From: Octopus bimaculoides
Taxonomy: Eukaryota
Direction of reading: 5' to 3'
Length of the DNA: 64,000 nucleotides
Assembly: GCF_001194135.2 (NCBI RefSeq)
Contig: NC_068982.1
Coordinates: forward strand, 170,905,726-170,969,725
The position numbers were made by a program, and so were the translations under genes. Under the pieces are notes generated by a model, which did no database searches, had not been told where the DNA came from, and was given only the letters and a program-made list of their open reading frames with translations. Positions 1-12,360 of this stretch are shown one piece after another (position 1 is the first letter of the stretch; every line of letters begins with the position of its first letter).

Positions 1-26
1 TATATATATATATATATATATATATG

Positions 27-871
27 TACATATAGGTTGTGGTGAAGAGACTCTCATCTAAATTACGCAAAAATGAAAATAACACTGAGATCTCATTTTA
101 ACAGGTATATTTGCCAAACGTACATAAATTTACTCTATAGAGTAAATTTATTCATTAAATCGCCATTGGTTTCAGTCACGGCCTCCAGACAACTTCGGAA
201 TCGTCTGTGACTCTTCTGGACGGTCTCATTGTTTAAGTTGGTGAATGCTGCATAATCCTTACCTTCAATTCCTCTTTGGTGTTACAAGGAGTTTTGTTGC
301 GCCCCACACATAATAATCAAGGTGGGGTTCCAGTCTGGGAAGTTAGGTGTCAGGGGTGATATGGTAGCAGAAATTGTCTGACAACCATGACTGGTTTCTG
401 CTTCTTGTGTGGCATGGTGCAGAGTCCTGTTGCCAGATATAGGGTCGTCCAGCATTCACCCTATTTACCCAGGGTAGCACTACCTCCTCTAGGCACTTGT
501 TGTAGACTTCCGAGTTGAATCTAACTCTGTGTATGAAGATGAATGGAGGCATAACGTCACCATTACTCGTGATCACTCCAAACATACTGATGCTGACTGG
601 ATGTTTGATTTTATGACTTTCGGTACACGTCCTCTGATTGCACTGTCTTCAGATTGAAACCCAAGCACTGAAATGTTCGTATTGGAGCTTCTGGCGCAGT
701 GCAGCATGACGTCTCCAAATTTCTGGCAGAGGTAATTGCGTCATGTTGCTGCTCTGCTCACAGACGATGCCCAACTAATGTTCCTATACTGTGTAGTCAA
801 CAAAACCAAAACGAAACGGCGCATGCGCGTAATTAAGAAGGTAAAATTGCGACATTTTATCCATCATACTG
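27..871 (-). mobile_element. Internally deleted IS630-Tc1-mariner DNA transposon, probably maT (DD37D) type
   Basis: ORF 343-585 encodes VFGVITSNGDVMPPFIF...WQQDSAPCHT...HITPD, continuing after a frameshift as PNFPDWNP-LDYYVWG. An N-terminal piece (MTQLPLPEIWRRHA) starts near 742 and joins almost directly to the catalytic region. Flanked by TA/TG repeats. The two ends do not form a convincing TIR pair. Confidence 0.85.
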
Positions 872-924
872 TGTGTGTGTGCGTGTGCGGGTGTGTGTGT
901 GTGCGTGTATGTATGTATGTATGC

Positions 925-966
<42 letters not shown>

Positions 967-1187
967 ATTGAAGTCTAAACCACTTAAAAACTGCAATTCA
1001 GAATATCGAACTGTTCATCAGATTGTCTGATGGTCAGTTACGTCTAACTCTGAATAACTGTTTGAGAAGTCTTTTCAACTTCAATGAAACAATATTTTAC
1101 TCTCTCTTTCGTATTCAAGTAGTATTTTTCTATCTCGATATATACATATGTACTACACAAACACACCCATACATATACATACATACA

Positions 1188-1221
<34 letters not shown>

Positions 1222-1280
1222 TGTACACATACTTACATACACACATGCATACACACGCACACACACATATATATATATTG
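871..1280. repeat. Compound (TG)n/(TA)n/(CA)n microsatellites
   Basis: Direct reading at 871-960 and 1140-1280. Confidence 0.95.
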
Positions 1281-2849
1281 AATGACACTGAAATACATGC
1301 ATAATTGCACACTAGAGCGTATACACTCCTTCTTTTCACCTTGCAATTCATTCACTCTCTTGATTTATTTTCCACTTGTCTCTGCCCAATTTTTCTCTAT
1401 CTTTCGTCTTTTTTTTTTCCTGTTTATCCTTTTCTCAGCAATAATATCTTTCATAATAATCATATTCTTTCTACCAGAGTTAGTCCTGAATTTCACGACC
1501 GCACTCATTTTGTTTCGCCATCTAATATGATTATGTATTAATCGATAGTTACATTAATTCAGCAGATTACATGCAATCTATTCCCTGTTTGTGTCTGAGA
1601 CATCAAACGTAAAGCAAAAATTATTGTCACGGCATCATAGTATAATGTGTGATTAGTATATACTGGTGTGCTATCATACATGCAACTTCTAACTAGTGAG
1701 CAGCTAATTCTGTAGCGCATAAATTGTGAACAGTGTATTTTATGGCTGAAGTAAATTGCGTCTGGCAACAAGTGCGTGGCTGTGTTGCATATATTAATGC
1801 AATCCATTACCCATGGTTTTATATTCGCAGCATTGTGGATGACTAGAAACGAAGAATATATTATACAATTACCCATGCTTAGTATACGTGTATTTACATA
1901 ATTTAAAATATATTAATATATTCTCTTGTAAAGCGGAACAAATTTTAGTAGCGCTGATTCCAAGTGTGGTAAATACGGGAACACTTATTCAGGAAACCCC
2001 ACCACTTACGAATTAAGCACTTACCGAAATATTGATTTCTTACATGTGATGCAAAGACAATAAATTTATTAGCAAAGTGTGCTTCAGTTTTCAAATCGAT
2101 ACTCAGTATATTATTACTACCATTTCCTTCTTGGTCGTCTTTTGTTTTACGAGTACTAAAGGTTGCAACTAATTACATAAGAGAATCAAGCGACTGTCTA
2201 CCAATCGTCGCAACTATCATTCATTGACCAATATATTAAAACCAATTCCATTTGCGCATAATCAGACATCGACTTCTCGAGACAAAAGAGACGTTTGCAA
2301 TGTAGTCCCTGAAACTGTTTAGGGACTATAACTTTCCTTCAGATTATATCTACCATCTAAAAAAAGAAAACGCAGAACATGGAAGGACATATTTGTATTA
2401 AGGATAATGTAATTCCGGTTGCATGTGCTACAAAGTCGGGAGGAATACAGCATCGATTATCTTATATGATACAGCTTAACAATGTATTTAATCCAGACGT
2501 TTAAGCATCAGCAATATCAGCAATTAAACCGTTTTGTCCTTTTCCTAATCTTGCAATGCCGCGTTTGTTTTCCCCATTTAACTTCACATATATCTAGAAG
2601 TCACATCTAACCCATTTACGTCTGATATCAGACACCTTCAACTTTCCTTTGTGCCATTGTGGACGAATGTCAATTAAGTCATAAATAAAAAAAAAGTGTG
2701 AAAAGTATAAAGTGCAGAGCTTGTAATGAGAAAGAGGAATACGTTATTTACATAAAAAAGTTCTTGTAAACCATAGGCACAGGAATGTGGACGCGATTAT
2801 GAATCGAAGGTATTACATTGGGACATTATACGTCGTAGGGTTTTAAATA

Positions 2850-3240
2850 AGAAGAAATGGCACCAACGTCAACCAGACAGCGTAATAGGGAACGCTCAGT
2901 TTAAGGTCTTATAGGACTTTGATGTACAGACCTATCATGAACTTGGAGCAGAGTGACCAGCTACTGTCATTCTAGACAATCGAAAAACAAAAATGTATCA
3001 TCATAGATGTGGCTGTATCTGCAGGCTTGAATATAACGGACGAAGATAAGGAGGAAATGCAATTCCATTCCAGGAAATTCGATGACTGACTGGAATGTTT
3101 CTACAAATATGATCCTAGTAGTCGTAGCTGCCCATATTGAGATTGGTGTAACTTAGAGTAACATTATCGGAACACCAATGATTGTAAGAAAGGTTCATGA
3201 GATGGAATGAAAGTCGTTGCGACTCGGTATCAGGAACATT
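2850..3240 (+). mobile_element. Degraded R4/Dong-like LINE fragment, restriction-like endonuclease (RLE) region
   Basis: Translates with stops and frameshifts to KKWHQRQPDSVIGNAQFKVL*DFDVQTYH and KCIIIDVAVS, typical of the RLE domain. Confidence 0.7.
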
Positions 3241-3244
3241 GATG

Positions 3245-4308
3245 TACATTCGTGCATATTATGAACAACAACAATAATAAAACCAGAAGCAGCAGCGCCA
3301 CTGGACTATATTTACCAAGAAAAAAATGGGGGAAGAGGGCGTATTGGATGCGAACACAGCATTAGAGCAGAAGAAAACAACATAGCAAGGTATGTAAAAA
3401 TGCCACAGAACCGATATTATTAGGAGTTCAAGCTTATGTAGCATGAAAGATAAAGGAGTGTACAAGCAACTGAAAACGAATGAAACTGAAAATAGATGAG
3501 TAAAGAAAAGAATGCATGAATAATTTCGTAGGGATGTTGAAGGTAAAAACAGACAGAGAAAATAGATGACTGTGGATGACTAAAACTGATTTAAAACCAG
3601 AAACGGAGCTCTAATCTATGCTGCCCAAGAGCAAGCACTAAGAACAAACTACATAAAATACAGAATAGACAGCACTTCAGAAAGTGATTAGAGCAGAATC
3701 TGTGGACAAAATGGCGAAACCGTATGACATATTACCAGCCAATGTACGCCACTAGCCCAGAAGGAATATAACAGACGCCACGACAATATAGCATGGCTTT
3801 ACCATTGGACACTTTGCAACAGGTATGGACTTGACAGAGAAAAATATTGGTACGACCACAAACCCGAAGGCATCATCGGAAATGATAATGCAAAGATTCA
3901 GTGCGACCATGGGATAGAGAATAGGAAGGCAGACATAGTCTTAATTGAGAAAGAAAGCAAGCGATGCTGGATCATAGCATGCCCAGCTGACAAAAAAGAA
4001 GAGTCGATAGGTATGAAGGTTAGCTTGGGGGGAGGGGGGGGGTAAAGCAGTTGTGGTCGATGAAAAAGGTGGTAGTATTACCAATAACTGATGGAATCCT
4101 GGGAACAGTGAGTAGAAAAATTCGAGAAGTACATGGAACAAATAGGGGCTGCAATAAGAGTGGAGCACTTGCAGAAAATAGCACTGCTTGGAACCGCTCG
4201 AATACTCCGGAAGGTGCACGAAAAGTAAGAGGTGTTACCTGAGTTCACTGGTAGTGAACAGCTGACACCGTACAAAATCTCCAGCATTAGAAGCTGTGCA
4301 AAAGAAAT
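3245..4308 (+). mobile_element. R4/Dong-clade non-LTR retrotransposon, 5'-truncated 3' portion
   Basis: LYLPRKNGGRG, AAQEQALRTNYIKYRID, CCHC-type finger region RICGQNGETV*HITSQCTPLAQKEY..RHD, RLE motif RKADIVLIEKESKRCWII, terminal LQKIALLGTARILRKV, 3' UTR, then an (ATG)n(AAT)n tail. Confidence 0.9.
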
Positions 4309-4321
4309 GATGATGATGATG

Positions 4322-4398
<77 letters not shown>
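4306..4398. repeat. (ATG)n + (AAT)n microsatellite
   Basis: Direct reading; separates two R4/Dong 3' ends. Confidence 0.97.
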
Positions 4399-4400
<2 letters not shown>

Positions 4401-4819
4401 AAAGACCTGGAAATAGAGATAACTCGAATATGGAATCTAAAAACAGAAACAATTCCTATCATAGNNNNNNNNNNNNNNNNNNNNNNNNNNNNNNNNNNNN
4501 NNNNNNNNNNNNNNNNNNNNNNNNNNNNNNNNNNNNNNNNNNNNNNNNNNNNNNNNNNNNNNNNNNNNNNNNNNNNNNNNNNNNNNNNNNNNNNNNNNNN
4601 NNNNNNNNNNNNNNNNNNNNNNNNNNNNNNNNNNNNNNNNNNNNNNNNNNNNNNAACATACAGAAAATTGCACTACTGGGTACTGCACACATTCTACGCA
4701 AAACACTTTCAATACAGTAAACATAAGAGCACCACAGCAAACCACAGCACATACCCAAGGCGCACAGAGCTGCGCTCGGTAGTGAAGTGAAAGCACGTTA
4801 TAAAAATAAAACTACTGAA
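4399..4819 (+). mobile_element. Second R4/Dong-like family, 3' end (interrupted by an assembly gap)
   Basis: KDLEIEITRIWNLKTETIPII ... NIQKIALLGTAHILRKTLSIQ*, then a 3' UTR ending AAAGCACGTTATAAAAATAAAACTACTGAA followed by (AAT)n to about 4891. Confidence 0.88.
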
Positions 4820-4820
4820 C

Positions 4821-4888
<68 letters not shown>

Positions 4889-5418
4889 TAATCTGCAGCA
4901 AAATATGTTGCAGGTAAACTATGTGGTATCCCACGCATTGCATCTCGGGTAGGTTCGGCACTGAAATGAATACATATTATTGTAAGAGTATTGTACAGTA
5001 GAGAGCCATTTCAATAATTTCATATGTGATTCTACTGTAGGTGTTACCCGGAGAATGAAAAATCGTGGTATTTCATTATAAGATAAGAATGATTAATTTT
5101 GACAAGATATACGGAGGAATGAATCTTTTCTAGAAAAGTACACATTACCCAGTAACCAAAGTACACGAGCAGATGATACTCATGCGCACATCTACGTATT
5201 AAACAATACGCATCGAAAGATTTAGAAGAAACGATATAACAATTTATAAAATTCATTTATAAATATGATCTATAGAAAATTTCCTTATTGTTGATCAAAC
5301 TTATTTAATATATGTGCGTGCGTTTAGACATACATATAGATACATACATACAGGCATGCACGCATACATGCATACATGTATACGTACATACATGCTGCAT
5401 ACATGCATACATACTGAT

Positions 5419-5449
<31 letters not shown>

Positions 5450-5517
5450 TGCATATGCATGTGTGTGTATGTATATGTATATGAATATATATATAAATAT
5501 ATATATANNNNNNNNNN

Positions 5518-5554
<37 letters not shown>

Positions 5555-6664
5555 CATATATACATATATATGATATTATACATATATCATATATATGTAT
5601 GTACGTATGTATGGATGTGTGCATATGTGTGTATGAATGCATGTATATTACATTCTAAACGCAGTATATTTAAAGATATATTACGTTCATCTAGTTAAGG
5701 ATAGGAAATATCATTAATGGAATTCGCACTAATATTGAGTTCAATAATTTGAGCATGGCGAAGTATCTCTTGTTTTAATGGATTAGTTTTAAGAGCAAGA
5801 CGAAAGCATCGCACATGATCCATTTCAGTACTATGCAGATCGGTTCAGAGAAGGCAGGAAATTCACTCTGATTCAGACATCTAGGTCGAATTCTAATAAT
5901 CAACTGGACTATTCCAGAGGCCCACATTCTTCAGGTGAAAGTGATATTAAATCACGCGACAAAGTAACACGTGATAGTTTCTTAAATTACATTAAGACTG
6001 ATATGAAACGTATAATCTTGACCGTAGCGAACACTAGAGAGAACAAAGCTATGAAGAAAATGATCTTTTAGTTTGCTGTAGTAATCTTTCTGTAACGTTT
6101 GGGCATAACATTTCTTTTAAAATGACTGGTTTGTTTGCGCATGTCATTAAATGATAATAATCTGGAATGGAAGTAGGAATATGTATTTCTAAACTGAACA
6201 AGGATAACATTCTTGAAGATTATATCTACTTATGCATGTAGAGTATGGCAAAAATAAGACAAGATTATAGAATAACGTAATAAAATACAGTATTACACAC
6301 ACGCACACAGACACAGGTTGGCGGAGAGACACACATACACATTCGATTCAGGTAGAGTAGTCTGCCACGAAGAGTTTTTAAAAATGTTGTCTTATTTTTA
6401 AAACGCCTACCTGCAGAGATAACTTTGGTGTTTTTCAGGCAACTTGTTGAACTAATACCGAAATACTTCTGTGAATGATGTTTATAGTATTTAAGGTCAG
6501 CTTGCTTTAGTATTTATGACTTTAAAATGTAATATGTAGCATAAATTTAATTTCCCAGGTGAAAGATATAATTATCAATGTAAACATTGTCTCCAAAGAT
6601 ATAAGTTCGTGACGAAATAATGGCTGTTCAAAAGGATATTGTAAAATTTCAATTCAGCGATAAG

Positions 6665-6719
<55 letters not shown>

Positions 6720-7060
6720 GTGAAGTATATTTGCCACTTAAATGCGGCTAACCACTAAGGGTGAATGCTACTGTAGTTTGTAGACTTGTAGACCCAGGAG
6801 AACATCTCCTCCAGCTGGCTATTGACACACTTTCTGTGCCCTATCAGTATTTGCAAAGGGAAGTCACCCTTCCCATCGTCGACCTGACGTGATACGCACG
6901 GACCCGGGTTTCTGGATATTTACCCTTCGTCAGCGCACGACAATCACCGATATTCGATGCGAAGGGGTCCCAATGCAAATACATATACCCTTTTTCCAGT
7001 GTGTCGTGTGCAAATTTTACCACGGGGATGTGACTTATTAATAATAGTCGCTTCAAAATA
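6720..7060 (-). mobile_element. Small structured hammerhead-containing element (PLE pseudo-LTR or retrozyme-like)
   Basis: GC-richer island. Homologous in reverse complement to 53112-53311, including a 19/19 block (ACATCTCCTCCAGCTGGCT at 6802-6820 vs 53219-53237). Carries the hammerhead at 6895-6939 and abuts (TA)n. The upstream boundary is uncertain. Confidence 0.65.
6895..6939 (-). ncRNA. Minimal type I hammerhead ribozyme motif
   Basis: Minus strand reads CGTGCG-CTGACGA-AGGGTAAATATCCA-GAA-ACCCGGGT-C-CGTGCG: core CUGANGA and GAAA, palindromic helix III, GUC cleavage triplet, 6-bp helix I (two G.U pairs). One mismatch at the base of helix II. Confidence 0.75.
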
Positions 7061-8209
7061 AACTCCTCTCATTCGTATGTCAATTACTGTAGGGTTTCAT
7101 TTACCTCACAACCACACACTCACACATACACACATCCACACACATCCACACACATTATGTGTGTGTATTAGTATTTGTATATATGTAAGGTGTCTCTTGA
7201 CACAGAGAATATACAATTATTAAAACAAAGTCTAATACTGAAAAAAAAAAAAGTCATACGAATTTTCTTTCTGTTTGAATTTATATAAAACGTTTAGCGA
7301 TTTTTCCGTTTTTCTTTGATTTTTGTTTTTTCCACCGTTTTGTTCTGTTGATGCTAAATTCACTCTACTGATGCAAATATATTTGCTTTATCAATGGAAG
7401 CTGAATCGATGTACAGTTCCGTGTTTTAATAAATACATGCGAGAACTGGATGCCTACACTCCGGTGAAAAAGCGTTTGAATGGTTCCTTTTCCAAGTACT
7501 AACAATTTCTGTGACACTACAATCAGAGTGTACGCTGTGATCATTTTAGTTTTGATGATGATGATGATGATGGTGATGATAACGATTATGATGATACTAA
7601 ATTCTAATTCATAAATATAAATATCAGTACTGATGAGATCGAGCGAATAATTTTTACCTTCTACAGAAGGTTTTCAGCATATACATAAATAGGACTATGA
7701 TCAAATAATTATGTATTTGGAGGGCGTGAGAAAAAGTCTATTTGCTAAGGCTTTTCTAAAATACTTGTTTTATTTTTCCGCGCCAATTTACACTCTGTTT
7801 CTTTGACAATTCAGTCTCAGACGTCTATGAGCTAAATTGAGCGTGTTCATATTTCAAATACAATTGTAATGAACCCAATAAGTACAATAAAGAACGAAGA
7901 ACGAAGTAAACTTTATTAGAATTACTTATTTTTGTTTTTAATCATTAATCTGAAATCAAAAGAGCTTGAAGCATTCCAGTGCTAGTAGAAAATACAGAAT
8001 ATCATTGACAACCTGAATGACTTTGTAGCGAGTGAATATTTTCCAATCAACCAGAAGACTATTACACGAGACTCAATTTGGGAAGTTATGTTGTGAGGCA
8101 ACTTAGTAGAATAAGTATAGTTGATGAGTGCTTTGTAAAAGATACTTTTAATAATTAACGTTAAATATTATCTACAGAAACATACATACAAATATTTATT
8201 TGTTCATAC

Positions 8210-9035
8210 ATAAGTACTTAGATAGGCTTCAGTCAGAGCTGTCGCAAGGCATGGCTAACTGGAGAAGGCATTTAAGGAGGTTTCATACTTAGAGCACCGT
8301 AGCTCATTCGAGTAATAGAATATTTCTGTTTTTGAGATGAGGTATGTGTCTGGCGAGTGTTGTGGATTTACTATGTTTCGCGTATGTAAAATAATTGAGA
8401 TGAGCGGCATATAACCGTTTAAAAATTATGGTTGACCCTATATATTTTCTGGTAGAATTGTGTAATGTGTTGAGGACGGTACATTTATAAACTACATTAG
8501 ATCTTCTACAATGGTTTTGTAGAGGGCTGATGGATCCAGCACGGCAGTGGATGTATTTTGTGGATTATTTTCACTTTTTTCACTCTTTTCACTTTCTTTT
8601 CACTCTCTTTTCTTTCGTTTTCTTTTCTGTCAGAAGAGAGGTTAGACATGGGGGTAGAAAGGTCTAAGTTGTTAGCATTATTACTACTATTATCGTTATT
8701 TTTGCTATCGTTGTTATTAACTATTCTATCTGTAACAGTGGTGTAAGTTGTGGTACTATTCTGGATAGTGCTAGTAAAATAGGCTGGGTTATGGTTGTGG
8801 TCTAACGTATGAACTTCAATGCTGGAGCTTTGTATATATCGGTGCTCGTGTATTCACAGTTGCTATAGTGTGAGTTTTGATAGTAGAGAGAAAGCTTTTG
8901 TTTATTAGAGGCTGCTATGATAGACTCGAAGTTGGGTGCGGTGGAATAGGATAGCTTCAGAGTAGATCTATTAAGCAGAGAGTAATATTTATGTTGACGA
9001 GGGACGTTGGAGTCCTGTATATTAAAGAAGAATTT
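8210..9035 (-). mobile_element. Penelope-like retroelement fragment: RT-EN linker plus GIY-YIG endonuclease
   Basis: KFFFNIQDSNVPRQHKYYSLLNRSTLKLSYSTAPNFESII, then HCRAGSISPLQNHCRRSNVVYKCTV...KYIGST...KRLYAAH...STTLARHI, then a degenerate C-terminal CxxC..LTEAY. Frameshifts and stops present. Confidence 0.85.
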
Positions 9036-9037
9036 AG

Positions 9038-9100
<63 letters not shown>
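9038..9100. repeat. (CTAT)n / GATA tetranucleotide repeat
   Basis: Direct reading; a second tract lies at about 15014-15093. Confidence 0.97.
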
Positions 9101-9101
<1 letters not shown>

Positions 9102-11432
9102 ATATANNNNNNNNNNNNNNNNNNNNNNNNNNNNNNNNNNNNNNNNNNNNNNNNNNNNNNNNNNNNNNNNNNNNNNNNNNNNNNNNNNNNNNNNNNNNNN
9201 NNNNNNNNNNNNNNNNNNNNNNNNNNNNNNNNNNNNNNNNNNNNNNNNNNNNNNNNNNNNNNNNNNNNNNNNNNNNNNNNNNNNNNNNNNNNNNNNNNNN
9301 NNNNNNNNNNNNNNNNNNNNNNNNNNNNNNNNNNNNNNNNNNNNNNNNNNNNNNNNNNNNNNNNNNNNNNNNNNNNNNNNNNNNNNNNNNNNNNNNNNNN
9401 NNNNNNNNNNNNNNNNNNNNNNNNNNNNNNNNNNNNNNNNNNNNNNNNNNNNNNNNNNNNNNNNNNNNNNNNNNNNNNNNNNNNNNNNNNNNNNNNNNNN
9501 NNNNNNNNNNNNNNNNNNNNNNNNNNNNNNNNNNNNNNNNNNNNNNNNNNNNNNNNNNNNNNNNNNNNNNNNNNNNNNNNNNNNNNNNNNNNNNNNTGCA
9601 ATGAATCACTGGTTCAATACCTAATATTTGTTGTGAATAATGCTATTCATAAAGCAATAGGTTTATATATAAATCATGGATTATAATCTTTCAAAACAAA
9701 GTAAGAAAATGGAGATATAGCATTTAATAAAAAAATTATTACCTGCAAAAATCAAACATTTTCCCTTACAGCTGTTTCAATTAGCCTAAGAAACTAAATA
9801 GCAATTCTTAAAATCATTATATTATGCAAAATCTCTTTAGAAGGTAGAAAAAAGATATACCCTTAGGTTTCTTTTTACTACATCTCTGAAGAGATTTTGC
9901 CTAATATAATGATCTTAATAATTGCTATTTGATTTATTACACTTCATTGAAACAGCTGTAATGGACTGTTTGATTTCTGCAGATAATAAAGTTTTTATTA
10001 AATGCTATATCTACATTTTCTGACTTTCTTTTATATATATATATAATATGAACGGTTACGTTAGGGATAACGTCAGGAAGAAACTGGTAAGTATTTATAA
10101 AATAATTTCTCCTTAATATAAAGGGTAACATCAACGTAATGACCAACATTAGCTGAAGAGCATTTCTTCAAAGAAATTTAAGAATCATTTACACTTTCGA
10201 AGTCAATATTGTCATGCTTAATATAGCTTCCAACACTTCTAGCTATAAGGGAAACAAAGACTCATCACACAGTATTCCTTGCATAGTCTGAACTCTAATT
10301 ACCGAATCCGACTAACTTCACACTTGAAGAGTCCTGCAAATCAATATCAACAGGAAAACCGATTTATTATATTGTTTCCATCAAGATCAAATTCTGTTAA
10401 AAACTTCACACCATTGACCACAGAAACGCCAAACTAGAGTTAGCTTCTTTACACACAAATTCATTGTATCTGATCTCTGTTTGCTAGCAGAGGGATTATT
10501 TCCGCTTCAGTGTCTTAGAAGTGAGGTCAACTGCTACTCAGTTATATTAGCACCAAGCTGTCTGATCGACACCCGAACAACAGCATGTCACTGCGTAGTA
10601 ACTTACGCTGCTGAAATATTCTACCTTACAAACAATAGTCTCCCTGACGCCAATATCCTGTTTATTTTATCAAACAAAGCATATAATTAAAGAATCACAT
10701 TCACCGCTTATTCAACGTAGCTTCTTTATCTAAACCGACTAATTGGGAACGAAATATTATTTGATAATGTTTTTAATAATTTACGAAAATTATCTATACT
10801 CTCTTAGTGCATCTAAAAATGCGTGCAATCCTGTTACAGATTATGTGTACTGTACAGCTTTTGTCTGTTCACCTCTGCATAATCAAAGGCATTTATATGC
10901 ATGTGTATATTAAATCGGTTAGAAAGAAGGAACGAGATAAATAGAAATATATAATCTGCTTTACTTGTCTACTCTAAATAGAAGTTACAGCACATTGTCA
11001 ACCATTCTATAGGGCTGCCATTATCTTTAAGAAGACACAAATGATGTTCCAGATAAACAACACCTTGTGCATCGGATAAAATGTTAATTGTAGACTAAGA
11101 ATATGTGAATGTTGTGTTGATATTCCCCTAGAAATGTTTGCATTGACAATGGGGTTAAGACAGAGAAAAGTGAAAGCCAGCTCAGCTTTCTGTAAATTGC
11201 TACGAATTCACTTATTAGGTCGTGGTGTCTGATTTAGTACCAATAAATGTGAAATCACTAAATAATAACAAATTGATGCAATACGTTCCCGTAATATCTG
11301 TACTCCCCTAACACGAACAAAAACAAGCACACACAATGCTGTCCATACCTCAGCAACACAGAGCTGCAACAGGTGAATGAAGGATAAATTTGTATGAAGC
11401 TATCAAATGTCGAACAGTGGCGATAATAATAA

Positions 11433-11855
11433 TAATCCTTTCTGCTATGGGCATCCAGTTAGAAATTTACGGAAGAGGTTAAGATGTTTTCATCGCGCAC
11501 GGTCCTCAAGTGGTTCTTATTTATGAACAGCAAGGTCGACCCCATCGCAATTTAACCTCAGAGCATAAAGACGAGTGAAATAACAGCTAAGCATTTGACC
11601 CGGCATGTTAACGATTCTACTAGATCACCCAAAATAATAATCCTTTCTACTATAGATACAAAGCCTGAAATTTGGGGGAGAGGTTAGTCGATTACATCGA
11701 CTCCAGTATTCAACTGGAACTTAATTTATCAACACCGGAAGGATGAAAGACAAAGTGGACCTCGGCGGAATTTGAACTCAGAACGCACCTACTGGCGAAA
11801 TATCGGTAAGTATTTCGACCAGCATGCTAACGACTCCGCCACCTGGCTGGCTTAA
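11433..11855 (-). mobile_element. Two head-to-tail tRNA-derived SINE copies (Deu/Nin-like central domain)
   Basis: Both start ATAATAATCCTTTCT on the plus strand and match the reverse complement of the family at 58117-58332 (B-box GAGTTCAAATTCC, central CCTTTCATCCTT). Copies at about 11433-11630 and 11637-11855. Confidence 0.85.
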
Positions 11856-12311
11856 CAAAAACAATAATAATAATAATCTGTTTACGGTTTTTGTTCTCCT
11901 GCATCCATGTGAGTACACACGAATCGTCAATCGATCTAGTCACGAATTAAGAAATATTTAAAATATATAATTGTAAATACATATATAATCAGTATTTAGT
12001 TCATTTCATGTCTTTTGTTCTACCAACGAGATCAAATAGATATACAAGTATAAGTGTAGATATGTANNNNNNNNNNNNNNNNNNNNNNNNNNNNNNNNNN
12101 NNNNNNNNNNNNNNNNNNNNNNNNNNNNNNNNNNNNNNNNNNNNNNNNNNNNNNNNNNNNNNNNNNNNNNNNNNNNNNNNNNNNNNNNNNNNNNNNNNNN
12201 NNNNNNNNNNNNNNNNNNNNNNTATATATATATATATATATATACACATATATACATATATGTATATATTTACATATGTGCCAGTGTGAGTGTGTGTTAG
12301 TGTGTGTGTAT

Positions 12312-12360
<49 letters not shown>

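Noticed and set aside
7629-7650. Other CTGANGA motifs (7630 plus, about 10152 plus, about 19487 minus, about 51705 minus)
   Set aside because: They lack a paired helix II, a proper GAAA, or helix I/III, unlike 6895-6939 and the 27.5 kb motif.
7715-7870. Possible mariner-like terminal fragment (GAGGGCGTGAGAAAAAGT)
   Set aside because: No partner TIR or transposase remnant found.
8991-9686. Long ORFs in the track here and at 31209-32496, 51953-53270, 59712-60296 and 60758-61168
   Set aside because: They are open only because they run through N gaps and simple repeats.
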